From a virus (Duplodnaviria > Caudoviricetes), in IMG/VR virus record IMGVR_UViG_3300020171_002227, positions 1 to 56,697 of that record: a DNA stretch of 56,697 bases. One strand, given 5' to 3'. Positions 10,195-20,458 of this stretch are shown here, piece after piece. The position numbers were made by a program, and so were the translations under genes. The notes beneath the pieces are model-generated. The model searched no databases. It had not been told where the DNA came from and was given only the letters and a program-made list of their open reading frames with translations. How positions within the stretch are numbered: position 1 is the first letter of the stretch; each line of letters begins with the position of its first letter.

Positions 10195-10634
10195 GTTTTT
10201 ATAATATAATTTAATGTTAAATATGGCGGTCGAATATCGGTAACGTTATGTGTATGTCCCTCAAGATTATGAATAGGATTACCCGTACTATTGTTGGGTT
10301 GGTTCCCGGTTGCAGGACCACCAGTAGTTGTTTTTAATACTGTTCCGCCAGAAGTCGCAATTGCATTTGATACACCCATACCTTGTACAAAACGATCCCG
10401 TATATCAGGAACATTAAATGTTGTTGATCCATCTCCTATACCATAATTAGTACTAATTACACCAAATAAATCTACATAAGTTGTTCTGCTAATTGCTGAA
10501 CCATCACATAATAACCAACCACTTGGTGGGGTAATTATTGTTATTATTTTAATATCGCCAGTTTGAAATCCACGAGCATTTAATAATGTCGCGGTTATAG
10601 TTTCACCGCTCGTCCAATTCACCACGTAAATCAA
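10191..10634 (-). CDS. Tail fibre protein with phage tail-collar domain
   Basis: PPSGWLLCDGSAISRTTYVDLFGVISTNYGIGDGSTTFNVPDIRDRF. Confidence 0.88.
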   Translation of the reverse strand: MIYVVNWTSGETITATLLNARGFQTGDIKIITIITPPSGWLLCDGSAISRTTYVDLFGVISTNYGIGDGSTTFNVPDIRDRFVQGMGVSNAIATSGGTVLKTTTGGPATGNQPNNSTGNPIHNLEGHTHNVTDIRPPYLTLNYIIKT

Positions 10635-10653
10635 CTCCTTTCTTTATTCATAT

Positions 10654-11118
10654 TTAAAACCCTATATCTAAATCTATTGTTAAAGTATAATTAGCTGTTT
10701 TAGTGATACCACTTGTAAGAAGTATTCTATTAAACATTGTTCCGGTATTAGTACTTGTAAATGAACTTGTGCCACCGAAAAATGCTATTTCTTTTATCTG
10801 ACCGCTATTTGCTTGAGCGGCATTAAAAAATGCGCTAAATGTACCAATTTCTGCTGCACGGGTATAAACCGGCGCATTTCGAGTTAATTCACACACTAAT
10901 AAAACACTACCTGCACTTGCCGTTCCTCCGCTATGTCCCACAGCACAATGTTTTATATAACGACTCGCAATACCACCCAAAGCATCTAATGTTAATTGTT
11001 TTCCAGAATTAGTAACGATATTAGGCATTGTTGTTGTACTTATACATTGACCTGTTTGCGCATTATTTAATTTTACTGTAATTTTATTTTTAAATTTTAA
11101 TTGTTCTAAGATTGACAT
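10654..11118 (-). CDS. Putative baseplate/tail-fibre attachment protein
   Basis: NIVTNSGK…AVG…ELTR…IKEIAFF pattern; position after the hub gene. Confidence 0.6.
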   Translation of the reverse strand: MSILEQLKFKNKITVKLNNAQTGQCISTTTMPNIVTNSGKQLTLDALGGIASRYIKHCAVGHSGGTASAGSVLLVCELTRNAPVYTRAAEIGTFSAFFNAAQANSGQIKEIAFFGGTSSFTSTNTGTMFNRILLTSGITKTANYTLTIDLDIGF

Positions 11119-12494
11119 AAGTCCGCCCTCGCATCATACAATGTTCCTCTACCATAATCACATCGCACTTGATTTGTTACTAATTTAAAATTAATTGAAT
11201 TTATACTACTCTCAGTCAATGTTTCCGTGGGTGCTAAGGTTTCATTACTATTTGAATTTAATGCAATTACTAATTTCATTTCTGACTTTTCTAATTCCGT
11301 AATTCGACCTTGTAATACCCGTTGAATACCAATAAATTCAACTAAATAATCACCAATATTAATCTCAACTCTTCCGGTAAGATATTTTAATTTTATTTTA
11401 TTAATTACAAAATAATCATTAATAGATTCGATATCATCAATAATATGAACTTGTTCCCCCTGCATAAATGTTGTAATATAATAAGCATTCATCACAATAT
11501 CATTATACATTAATGGTTCTTTATATTTTTCAAGATAGTTATTACAATATGCCACAGTATCTTGGCGGGTTTTAAGCCATTTATTTGTAATTCCTTTTGT
11601 AAATCTACCATATGTAGCAATACTTACTAGTGACTCTCGTGAAGCAAATATTGGATATGCATATGAATAATCGGCATTAATAACAACATTTAGAGCGGGT
11701 GCGGTATTAAATGTAACTTTTTTTATATCTTTTTCAACTGAATAATCATTAGGTGATTGTTCTACACTATCTAATAATATTTTTATAGTATTAGGTGCTT
11801 CAGTTAATGTAAATATAGTTGTACTACCATCACCAGCAAAAATATCTATTGTACTATAATTAATATTATCACCGGTTACTCTTATATCATTACACATTTC
11901 ATTATGTTCTTTTTTCCACTCTTGGAATATTGCATTGCTACTAGAAGAACTTCTTGATATGGTTGTACCACTGACATCATTGCCTCGTGGTTCAAAATAA
12001 ATGTTTTTATTAGAATCGGTATATATTAACCATCCTAAAGCCTCTGTAAGTTTTGAAAAAATACTACTAATGTAATCATCAGCAAGAAAACGTTTAATTG
12101 TTGTACCACTTGCTTGTGTAATTGGTGTTAAATCGGTATAATTATTTATTAAATTTGTAAATATCTCTTCGGGGGTTGTATCTGTAAAAACTTGTTGTGC
12201 AATTGTGCGATTTAAAATTTCCGCAGAACTATACGCCTCACACTCATAAAAATTCTTTTTATTATTTGTTTTTATACGACCACGGAATATTCCAATTCCA
12301 TTAAATTGAAGTAATATTTCTACATGTGGATCAAAACCTATAAATCCAGACAAGTTATCAATTTGTCGGGATACTGTAAATTTTAAACAATCTAAAAGTT
12401 TTTCAAGTTCTCTCTCTAAAGTAAAATCTATAATATAAGTAATAATATTAACATTAGTACTACCAACGATATAATATAATGAATAGGCTGTCAT
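11106..12494 (-). CDS. Putative baseplate hub / tail-tip protein
   Basis: Second gene after the tape measure; IFRGRI, YTDSNKNIYFEPR, SIATYG patterns typical of hub proteins. Confidence 0.65.
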   Translation of the reverse strand: MTAYSLYYIVGSTNVNIITYIIDFTLERELEKLLDCLKFTVSRQIDNLSGFIGFDPHVEILLQFNGIGIFRGRIKTNNKKNFYECEAYSSAEILNRTIAQQVFTDTTPEEIFTNLINNYTDLTPITQASGTTIKRFLADDYISSIFSKLTEALGWLIYTDSNKNIYFEPRGNDVSGTTISRSSSSSNAIFQEWKKEHNEMCNDIRVTGDNINYSTIDIFAGDGSTTIFTLTEAPNTIKILLDSVEQSPNDYSVEKDIKKVTFNTAPALNVVINADYSYAYPIFASRESLVSIATYGRFTKGITNKWLKTRQDTVAYCNNYLEKYKEPLMYNDIVMNAYYITTFMQGEQVHIIDDIESINDYFVINKIKLKYLTGRVEINIGDYLVEFIGIQRVLQGRITELEKSEMKLVIALNSNSNETLAPTETLTESSINSINFKLVTNQVRCDYGRGTLYDARADLCQS

Positions 12495-12922
12495 GACATC
12501 ACGTTCGTTCCTTCTAAGAATGATAAATCACACGATAGTCTTGGATCGCCGCCTTCTTGTCGAATTCGTACATTATCAAAAGTTCCAATAAGTGTATATC
12601 CAGATGTTTGACCACTCCAATCCACCACATCGATTTTAAATTGAGTGTTATAGGCGTTTGTTACTAAATTAAGACAAGTATCAATAGCTGTCATAGGTAT
12701 ATCAAATGATAAATTAGCTTGCGATGTTACTCCTGTTATACTAACGGTATCTACCTTTCCTTGTAAAAGCCGTCCTGATGTTTCAGTTGTATTATCTACA
12801 ATAGGTAAGGCAAATTGCATTGCACCATTATTACGTGTAATTTCAAAAGTATTAGAATGATCAAGAGAATATTTTAAAACATATCCACTGGTTTCTGTGC
12901 CCTGATATATATTTATTGTCAT
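12491..12922 (-). CDS. Putative distal tail protein
   Basis: 143-aa beta-rich ORF immediately after the tape measure gene. Confidence 0.5.
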   Translation of the reverse strand: MTINIYQGTETSGYVLKYSLDHSNTFEITRNNGAMQFALPIVDNTTETSGRLLQGKVDTVSITGVTSQANLSFDIPMTAIDTCLNLVTNAYNTQFKIDVVDWSGQTSGYTLIGTFDNVRIRQEGGDPRLSCDLSFLEGTNVMS

Positions 12923-14145
12923 ATTACACCTGAACGTTTCGAATGTGCGTAAAATGTTCGTTCAATTTTTTTAACGATATCATCGATATCCACATCTTTT
13001 TCGATGCGACCGATATTGAAAACGTTATTAACGGTTGTTCCCCCACCAAATTTATTCATTTTCGATAGAGGAATAACTGCTTCAGGACCACGTTCGCCTA
13101 TCATGGCTATTGTCGGTCGATTGACGATGCCGCCTTCAGCCATCCAAGGGTGTGAATCCGCCTCGGAACTTGACGTTACCCATGGTCGTGAATCCACGGA
13201 ACCTCTATTCATTTTGTTTTGAATCCAATTCCATGCATTTCGAAGAGGTGCTAATATTGCATCAGTGACTCCTCCCCAAACATCCGACAACCAGGTTTTT
13301 GCAGTATTAAGCGGTCCGCTAATTTTTGCTGAAATTCCATTCCAGATATTCGTCAGCCAAGTTATGAAATCTTCTAACGGTTTACGAATTTGTACTGGAA
13401 CTTCCGTCCATGACATGAACAACCAGTTCTTAAAACCTTGTAAAGCGTTAATTACTACCGTCGAAACAGCCTTCCATCCTTCACCTAAATATGTAGCAAA
13501 TCCGGAAAATGCGGAACTAATACCCGCGAAAAGGTTGTTCCAGCCTTCACCAAACTGTGTCATCAAGGAATTCCAGGCCGCGCCAACCATTTCAAATATA
13601 GGTATGCCGGACAATAGTGCTATCGGATTGGCAAAATTGGATATGGCCGCTAAAACCCCGCCTATAATTGTTACACTCTCACCGATATCGGTGCCCATCT
13701 TAGTCAATACTGGCATAACATTATAATAAAATGGCAATATCAAATATTTCAGTAACATTCCCATTATCGGTTTTAAAATAGTTAAAAAGAATTGCGCCAG
13801 TGGATATAAAGTAAGTTGTAATACCGTTGTTATCATCTTAAGTATTGCTTGAATTGGTGCCAAACTCATTATGGCATCAGATACGACTTTCACGGCCGCA
13901 ATTAATAGGCCTATTTTCGCCACAAGACCCACAAAACCGCCTACTTCAGCACCTTTTTGCAGTCCGCCCCTTACCATCTGTGACATTGAAAAAGTTTTTC
14001 CTGATAGCATTTCGCTTGCCATAGAAAGATGTTTCGATAGGGATTTCCCCATTTTTTTAGCAGTTTTTTCGAAATTGGTCTCTATTGACGCGGCATCAAC
14101 TTCCCCGGTAATTTTTACGTGGAAATGCCCTATATCTTCTGTCAA
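12919..14145 (-). CDS. Tape measure protein (short, 408 aa)
   Basis: Periodic Trp/Phe amphipathic repeats; C-terminal MAEGGIVNRPTIAMIGERGPEAVIPL; follows the chaperone locus. Confidence 0.85.
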   Translation of the reverse strand: MTEDIGHFHVKITGEVDAASIETNFEKTAKKMGKSLSKHLSMASEMLSGKTFSMSQMVRGGLQKGAEVGGFVGLVAKIGLLIAAVKVVSDAIMSLAPIQAILKMITTVLQLTLYPLAQFFLTILKPIMGMLLKYLILPFYYNVMPVLTKMGTDIGESVTIIGGVLAAISNFANPIALLSGIPIFEMVGAAWNSLMTQFGEGWNNLFAGISSAFSGFATYLGEGWKAVSTVVINALQGFKNWLFMSWTEVPVQIRKPLEDFITWLTNIWNGISAKISGPLNTAKTWLSDVWGGVTDAILAPLRNAWNWIQNKMNRGSVDSRPWVTSSSEADSHPWMAEGGIVNRPTIAMIGERGPEAVIPLSKMNKFGGGTTVNNVFNIGRIEKDVDIDDIVKKIERTFYAHSKRSGVI

Positions 14146-14759
14146 AATTCATTTTCCCCATGTATTTTACCATGACAATGTATACATAATGGAACTAATT
14201 TCCAGGATTTTCCATTACATCCTTGATCTTTATCCGAATCAACATGATGAACTGATAATCGTCTAATTTTTCCAGTTTTAGTTATATTATCTTTTTCATC
14301 TATACCACAATTAACACATTTTCTACCATATTGATTACGTATTTCTTCCCTTTTCTTATTATTAAATTTAATACAATATGGTTCAAAAGAAATACCACCT
14401 TGCCAATTATAATGATTTTTACCACTCATTTTTTCTTTTACTTCTTCTGACATCACATGTGTTGTGCCTATATGTGCTATACGATTTTTATTTTTACTTT
14501 CTTCAGTGGGATGTTTTCCATACATGAAATGATTAATTCCACACATATCGGGTCGTTTTTTATTTAATTTTGATTGTCTTATTTTTTCTTTAACTTCCGG
14601 TCTATTAGCGGGATTATTTTCACCACATAAATGTGAATGTTTTTTATCTTTATTTCCTGAAGTTAACCCCTTTTTAGATTCAGAATCTTTTCGTATTTTA
14701 TCATTAGTTTCTTTAGTTAAACCTTTATTCCAAGGATGATATCCTTTTTTTATATACAT
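14142..14759 (-). CDS. Free-standing HNH homing endonuclease
   Basis: PWNKG, NUMOD3-like segments, RKCVNCG…LSVHHVD…LVPLCIHCH. Confidence 0.85.
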   Translation of the reverse strand: MYIKKGYHPWNKGLTKETNDKIRKDSESKKGLTSGNKDKKHSHLCGENNPANRPEVKEKIRQSKLNKKRPDMCGINHFMYGKHPTEESKNKNRIAHIGTTHVMSEEVKEKMSGKNHYNWQGGISFEPYCIKFNNKKREEIRNQYGRKCVNCGIDEKDNITKTGKIRRLSVHHVDSDKDQGCNGKSWKLVPLCIHCHGKIHGENEF

Positions 14760-14761
14760 AT

Positions 14762-15294
14762 TTAACCCAGCATTTCCGATATTGCTTTCTTAATGGCGTT
14801 TTCCATATTTATATTTTGATATTCAGTATATAACGGTATAAGTTTTGAATATATTTCTATCTCGTATGTACTCATCGCATCCACACTTTCAGGTTGTATA
14901 CCCATTGTCATAAACCAAAACTTATTTATATATGGATTAATTTCTTTATCAGATTTTAATCCTTTCCAACAACTTCTAATGATTTTTTTTTATCATTTCT
15001 AAGATTGTTATATGCGTCAATCTCCTCAAAAAGATAGTCGCCTAATATAGATGGTAATTCGTTTTGAAGATATTCCATCGTGTTAGGAAAAGGCGCAGTA
15101 ACAATACATTTATGTACTGTTAAAGTACGAAGTTGTCCATATTTTGGTGAAACTTCAATGGTCTTTCCTTTTGCCTGCACATTAGATACTATATCCAAAA
15201 TATCATTTTGCGCGCCAAATGTAATTCGTTTTATTGTTACTTCTGGTTTTCCTTCGCCATCCCAAAATTCACTTATATCTAAAATTCTTGTCAT
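14762..15294 (-). CDS. Tail assembly chaperone, -1 frameshifted long form
   Basis: A9 slippery run at 14983-14991; the -1 frame is open from there to TAA at 14762 (…IIRSCWKGLKSDKEINPYINKFWF…ISEMLG). Confidence 0.75.
14956..15294 (-). CDS. Tail assembly chaperone, short form
   Basis: 112-aa ORF between tail tube and tape measure, ending near a KKK slippery site. Confidence 0.8.
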   Translation of the reverse strand: MTRILDISEFWDGEGKPEVTIKRITFGAQNDILDIVSNVQAKGKTIEVSPKYGQLRTLTVHKCIVTAPFPNTMEYLQNELPSILGDYLFEEIDAYNNLRNDKKKSLEVVGKD

Positions 15295-15304
15295 TTTAAT
15301 CTCC

Positions 15305-16249
15305 TTAGGGCATTGTCGCGGTACTATTCACACATTGAACCATTAAAGTTTCAGGTATGATATCTATTGTTTCCATTAATTCTTGTTCCACGGCTTGACT
15401 TCCATATCCATGTCTATCAATAACTGCATGACCGAATCTAAAGAGCCATTGGTTTAATGCTGCACTGGTTTCACCATTATCAAGTTTAATTAATGCTCCA
15501 ACTTGACCAGAAATATGCCCGCTACTCGGTCCGGTATCTTTACCGTATGTCTTTGCAAGATATGTTGCAGGATCATCGAATGCGTGTGTGGTTGTTACAT
15601 CATATGTTCTTTGCCGCATATCATAACGCGAGCCGAATCTACTACCTAATGCGTGTTTTATCGCCGCGTTATTCGTAATTGTTAATTCAACCGATTCCGT
15701 TTGAGCAATTGCCGTGCCGGTAGGATATTCAAATGTACCTTGCGAGAATGGAAAAACCTTAGTGCTACATTGATATTGTGTTACGCTGCTTGACGTTCTA
15801 AGTTCATTAGTGTACATCAGAGTTAATGATACTTTAGCGGGATCATCTCCTACAGCAGTTGTAATTTTACAATCACCAATAATAGCGCCAAGATACTTCC
15901 TTACATATCCTGATACACCGTTTTCAATTGTCATTGACGGTGGTTTATTTGCTTCAGTAAAGGTATGATAATACGGCGCTGCGGCACCAGAAGTTGTGAT
16001 ATCTCCTAAAACACCCTTCATAAACCAGGGATTAGTTAAATCAAATTCTAAACTTAACGCGCCTTCGAATTTATTTGCGAATGATCCAACAGCACTTCGA
16101 CTGCCTAATCTAAAAATTCGTTTGAAGTTATTTTTAATATCCACATTTCGTATGGTTGTGTTTTCGCCAAAAATCTTATTTGCAATCGCTCCGCTCGCAA
16201 AAATGTCCTCGTAACCAAAATGGATATAGGTGTGTTCTCCGCCTACCAT
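15305..16249 (-). CDS. Major tail tube protein
   Basis: 314 aa, beta-rich; YYHTFT…PPSMTIE…YLGAII; lies between terminator and chaperone genes; late motif upstream. Confidence 0.8.
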   Translation of the reverse strand: MVGGEHTYIHFGYEDIFASGAIANKIFGENTTIRNVDIKNNFKRIFRLGSRSAVGSFANKFEGALSLEFDLTNPWFMKGVLGDITTSGAAAPYYHTFTEANKPPSMTIENGVSGYVRKYLGAIIGDCKITTAVGDDPAKVSLTLMYTNELRTSSSVTQYQCSTKVFPFSQGTFEYPTGTAIAQTESVELTITNNAAIKHALGSRFGSRYDMRQRTYDVTTTHAFDDPATYLAKTYGKDTGPSSGHISGQVGALIKLDNGETSAALNQWLFRFGHAVIDRHGYGSQAVEQELMETIDIIPETLMVQCVNSTATMP

Positions 16250-16343
16250 GATGGCTCACCAACTGTTATATTATCTATCATAAATTATACCTTTACTTAC
16301 TTACTACTTATTAATAGTGAATATCACTATATCTAAAAGTATA

Positions 16344-16357
16344 AATTTCATTTATAA
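16344..16357 (-). promoter_or_regulatory. Putative late promoter motif TTATAAATGAAATT
   Basis: Identical 14-mer at five intergenic sites upstream of structural genes. Confidence 0.7.
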
Positions 16358-16378
16358 GTAGGCATAAATTAAAAAGAG

Positions 16379-16783
16379 TTATATAGATGTTCTATATTTT
16401 AATGCGGAAACTTCCACAATGTATTGGTGAAAATTAATATAGCTTGCAATTTTTCTTTCGCTGCTTTTTTTAAATATATCAAAACCTGTTAAGGTTTTTC
16501 TGTTTGTGCGGATTATACGTTTTATCTCATCTCTGTCAGCTAACATTCTATCACGAGATTTCGAACGGATATCAATCGTAACATATATTTCATTTTGATA
16601 TGAAGTGTAGCCTAAACCTTTAGGAGTTTCAATTACATTGAGGGTATAGATTTTTATGGCATCATAGCTTCCAAAATCATGAAGTTTAATAGTATCATCA
16701 TAATAAAATTTAGGAAGTGCGGCATTTGCTTCATTCCAATTATCATTAAGAACATTATAAATTAGGAGTTCTTCATCGGTCAT
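16379..16783 (-). CDS. Putative tail terminator protein
   Basis: 134 aa, VTIDIRS…EIKRII; directly upstream of the tail tube gene. Confidence 0.6.
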   Translation of the reverse strand: MTDEELLIYNVLNDNWNEANAALPKFYYDDTIKLHDFGSYDAIKIYTLNVIETPKGLGYTSYQNEIYVTIDIRSKSRDRMLADRDEIKRIIRTNRKTLTGFDIFKKSSERKIASYINFHQYIVEVSALKYRTSI

Positions 16784-17409
16784 TATATTAAACCTCTGTT
16801 ACTTAATTTTTTCATAAAATGTTCTTCCCAATAATCTTTATTTATGTTAGCTTTACTATTACAAGAAACACATAACGCAATTAAATCGGGTTTACAATTT
16901 TTTTTATCATAATGGATGTGGTGGCACGTTAATTTTTTACCATTTTCTTGTTCGGTTTTTCCGCATTCTTGACAAACTCTACCATCACGTTCTCTCACTT
17001 TTTCTTTTCTAATTTCATTAAAATCTTTACAATATGGTAAAAATGATCGACCATCTATCCACGCCGGATTTTTATCACCAGAGTGTAAACCAATTTGTGA
17101 TTCAGATATTTTCTTTTTTGTTTCTTCTGAAAATATCCTTCCTTTATTGGCATTAGAATAATTTTGTAAATTTTCGTTAGTTAGATTTTCCTTTCTATGT
17201 GATATAGATATTTTTTGTTTTGTTTTTTCACTATGTTTATAATTTTTATGTATTTCTGACATTTTTCTTTTAGTTTCTTCGGAATGTTTACGTCCACTTT
17301 GACCCACAGACATTTTTCTTTTAGTTTCTTCAGAACGTTTTTTACCTTTTTTAGCTTCAGACATTTTTATTTTAGTTTCTTCTGAATGTTTTTTACCTTT
17401 AAATGTCAT
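16783..17409 (-). CDS. Free-standing HNH homing endonuclease with NUMOD3 repeats
   Basis: KHSEETKRKMS repeats; RDGRVCQECG…HHIHY…LIALCVSCN. Confidence 0.88.
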   Translation of the reverse strand: MTFKGKKHSEETKIKMSEAKKGKKRSEETKRKMSVGQSGRKHSEETKRKMSEIHKNYKHSEKTKQKISISHRKENLTNENLQNYSNANKGRIFSEETKKKISESQIGLHSGDKNPAWIDGRSFLPYCKDFNEIRKEKVRERDGRVCQECGKTEQENGKKLTCHHIHYDKKNCKPDLIALCVSCNSKANINKDYWEEHFMKKLSNRGLI

Positions 17410-18308
17410 TAGAAGTACCTGGGAGATATTATTTGCTCATGTTTAAGTAATCGTTTATCCGCCTGTTCAATCCACTTTTCCCATCGATCTTTAGTATCGA
17501 GCACGGATCCCATAGTTGATTGAGGGTATACGATATTTAAATCCTCTTTGCCGCCAATAATATATGCCGCTGTTAATAAAATTGTCGCCATTCGTATGTC
17601 GCCGTCAACCGATGTTTTACCATAATCATAAGTAACACGAACGTTTGAACGTTGTCGTAGCGGGTAATGGTTAACGAAGTATATTATCCCACGTTCTGCA
17701 TTTATCCAATAATCCTGTGAGCGACCTTCCGTATAAGTGGTAATAAAATCTATCCATGTACTACCATCCCACACTTCAATTTTATTAGTTCCGGATACAA
17801 ACGGTCTAATATCACGATGTTTTAAATAAAGTGCAATTCTTGTTGAATAATCATATGGATAAGCGCCATAACCCTGATATCGGTCCTGTATGCGCACATC
17901 ATGGGTTTCATTTGTTACGCGAGTCTTGCGCCATGTATTATGAGTTTTTTCATCAACTTGATCACACATATCACTAATTATCTGTTCAACTTCATATCTT
18001 GTTGGATTAGTGATATCAGTAAATGCGGCACGCCCCATAAAGGATGCAACATCTCGCGGTGTGCAATAATATTCTTCATCGGCTTGAAATGGATCCGAAT
18101 AATCACTATAAACTGTATTTCCGCTATCAAAAAATCTTAAACGATACCAATGTGAAGAAGTGCCATTTTCATCATAATAAGTATTATTAGTAATAATTTG
18201 TGATGTCAACGTTGAATAACTTGCACTTTGTAATATACTTCGTTCAATTATAGCATAATTCCAAGATGCTTCGGTATTCGGTATAGTAAAATTAATATAA
18301 TTTCCCAT
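17409..18308 (-). CDS. Head-tail adaptor protein with N-terminal FN3-like domain
   Basis: YCTPRDVASF…VRVTYDYG…DIRMATILLTA pattern; N-terminal YYDENG…WYRLRF…SDYSDP. Confidence 0.7.
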   Translation of the reverse strand: MGNYINFTIPNTEASWNYAIIERSILQSASYSTLTSQIITNNTYYDENGTSSHWYRLRFFDSGNTVYSDYSDPFQADEEYYCTPRDVASFMGRAAFTDITNPTRYEVEQIISDMCDQVDEKTHNTWRKTRVTNETHDVRIQDRYQGYGAYPYDYSTRIALYLKHRDIRPFVSGTNKIEVWDGSTWIDFITTYTEGRSQDYWINAERGIIYFVNHYPLRQRSNVRVTYDYGKTSVDGDIRMATILLTAAYIIGGKEDLNIVYPQSTMGSVLDTKDRWEKWIEQADKRLLKHEQIISPRYF

Positions 18309-18310
18309 TT

Positions 18311-19729
18311 TTAATCCTCTTTACTTATTATTTTTATTAAATCTTTTTGACCGGTAGCAATAGGTTTAAATGTTACAAATCTTGCAATAATACAATCAAT
18401 ACTATAATTTCCAGCCTTTAATATTATATCAATAACATAATTTTTATCAATACTATAATTTCCAGCCTTTAATATTATATCAATAACATAATTTTTATCA
18501 ATAGTACCTTTTAATATTGTATCAATAACATAATTTTTATCACCCGGGTTTTTCAATAAAATATCAATAACATAATTTTTATCAATATTTGCATCCTTTA
18601 ATAGAATATCAATTATATAATTTTTATCTGTGTTTAATTTTTTAAATAATAAATCAATTATATAATTTTTATCAACATTTGAATTTTTTAATAGAATATC
18701 AATTATATAATTTTTATCAACATTCGGATTTTTTAATAGAATATCAATAACATAATTTTTATCAACATTCAGATTTTTTAATAAAATATCAATTATATAA
18801 TTTTTATCTGTGTTTAATTTTTTAAATAAGGAATCAATGGTATAAAGTTTTATATATATTGGCTGATATAGTCTTCTATGAAATGGATTTATGTTGGTTT
18901 CAAAAACGGTTGCTGTTGGTTCAATGGCGGCGTATTTACGTGTAAATATCCAATCTCCTTGTACAGCACTATTATAACTTGTGAAACCTACAGCCGATGT
19001 TGATGCTTGTGGATTAGCAGTATTAAAAGGAGAATTCGTTAATTGTACATTATCTTGATAATAATGAACATTATTACTTAACCAAACTATTTTAAATGTA
19101 TGCCACTCATTTGGTTTATAGTTTGTTGTTGTTGTTGGATAAGTAGCGCCATCTCCATGTTGAATAATAACACCACTAGACCACAACAATTGTGCTATAT
19201 GACCAAATTGATCTCTAAACCCAAGACCTGATGCGAGATTGGATCCATCCGGTATATAACCCCTAATTTCTACTATAGCGGGGTCATTATATAATAACTT
19301 TGAACTTAAAACTCGCCAGTTTGTATCTCCCATATATGTTATAATACTATTTGAAATAGAAGCTCCGGCAGTATATCCTTCCCATTTTGTTGTATCAAGC
19401 GTTGTTCCGGGAAAGTCATCAAAGAAATCAAATGTATTATTCCCACTACCACCATCACTCACCGCAGCATTTCCATAATACAAATAATAAGTCCAAACAG
19501 AAGCGGGAGTTGAAGAAGTCTTAAACCAAACATTAGCATAAGATGAATTAACTTTTGATTCAATCCAATAACTAAGTTCATTACCATTAGTATCAGAAAA
19601 TCTAATATCGGAAAAATCCGATTTCATATGAACTCTATAAGGCACTACCACCTTAATTTGATAATCGAGAATAGATGTGGGATTAACCACATCTATTCTC
19701 GCCCTATATCGCCATGAAGTATATACCAT
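18311..19729 (-). CDS. DUF2341/lectin-like virion adhesin with C-terminal repeats
   Basis: DFSDIRFSD…LSYWIE…YLYYGN…FDFFDDF (DUF2341), a concanavalin-like segment, then a repeat tract. Confidence 0.8.
   Translation of the reverse strand: MVYTSWRYRARIDVVNPTSILDYQIKVVVPYRVHMKSDFSDIRFSDTNGNELSYWIESKVNSSYANVWFKTSSTPASVWTYYLYYGNAAVSDGGSGNNTFDFFDDFPGTTLDTTKWEGYTAGASISNSIITYMGDTNWRVLSSKLLYNDPAIVEIRGYIPDGSNLASGLGFRDQFGHIAQLLWSSGVIIQHGDGATYPTTTTNYKPNEWHTFKIVWLSNNVHYYQDNVQLTNSPFNTANPQASTSAVGFTSYNSAVQGDWIFTRKYAAIEPTATVFETNINPFHRRLYQPIYIKLYTIDSLFKKLNTDKNYIIDILLKNLNVDKNYVIDILLKNPNVDKNYIIDILLKNSNVDKNYIIDLLFKKLNTDKNYIIDILLKDANIDKNYVIDILLKNPGDKNYVIDTILKGTIDKNYVIDIILKAGNYSIDKNYVIDIILKAGNYSIDCIIARFVTFKPIATGQKDLIKIISKED
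18395..18850 (-). repeat. Coding tandem repeat, mostly 45 nt (DKNY[I/V]ID[I/L/T]xxKxxxx), 9 full copies plus degenerate flanks
   Basis: Visible in both DNA and translation; boundaries approximate. Confidence 0.9.
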
Positions 19730-19730
19730 T

Positions 19731-20102
19731 TTACGATTGTACGGTTGATGTTACTGAAATAAGTCCAGCGGTTAATCCAGATGTCATGGAATTTGTTACA
19801 GTTGTTTTAAAATATTTTGCATCCGGCATAATTGGAACGGTGAATCTATGCGCACCACCCGCACTTAACATACTCATATTGAACGTTGCGTATGCAACAG
19901 TATCATAATTACTATTATCAACACTTGTCCAAATATTACAAGTTATAGGACCTGATGCATTTGCGGGTCCACTACATTGCATTGTAACTGCAAATTGTAT
20001 AGCAGTTGTTAAATCTAATGCATAACTACTACCCATTACTGATGACAATCCCGCACTAATTAAAAGATCAGTTATAAAATTACTTACTTGTTTTGTGTAC
20101 AT
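19731..20102 (-). CDS. Putative virion structural protein
   Basis: S/T/A-rich beta protein in the late operon. Confidence 0.55.
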   Translation of the reverse strand: MYTKQVSNFITDLLISAGLSSVMGSSYALDLTTAIQFAVTMQCSGPANASGPITCNIWTSVDNSNYDTVAYATFNMSMLSAGGAHRFTVPIMPDAKYFKTTVTNSMTSGLTAGLISVTSTVQS

Positions 20103-20458
20103 TTTACCTCCGTATTACCCGATTCATTAATATGTAAAACATAATTTTGTGTTCCTAACAGATATTCAATATATCGATTTTCTTTAGTTCCTTGTATTTT
20201 AATATAGTTTCTACGTACAAAAAATAATTTATCTTCTTTACTAAGATTAATTACAAACTTTGGTAAAAAGGGATTTAAATCACCACAATCGATTTTTTTA
20301 GATAATTCTAATGTAAAAGGATATAAACCAAATCGTACAATTTTTGATTGATCTATATCTTTAAAAAGATTTTCCTTTCCCGTTTCCAAGTCGAATTGGG
20401 GTAATGCGGTACCATCCTTATATTCAGCTATCCAAAAATATTTAAGTTTCGCGATCAT
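20084..20458 (-). CDS. Hypothetical protein
   Basis: 124-aa ORF (WIAEYKDGTALPQFD) coupled to neighbours. Confidence 0.6.
   Translation of the reverse strand: MIAKLKYFWIAEYKDGTALPQFDLETGKENLFKDIDQSKIVRFGLYPFTLELSKKIDCGDLNPFLPKFVINLSKEDKLFFVRRNYIKIQGTKENRYIEYLLGTQNYVLHINESGNTEVKCTQNK

Noticed and set aside
14120-14780. Possible second BHB intron around the HNH gene 14142-14759 (GGAAAUGCU pairs with GGCAUUUCC)
   Set aside because: The pairing lacks 3-4-3 geometry, and splicing would fuse the chaperone to the tape measure; both flanking genes look complete.
18395-18850. CRISPR array
   Set aside because: Units are in-frame coding repeats with no unique spacers.
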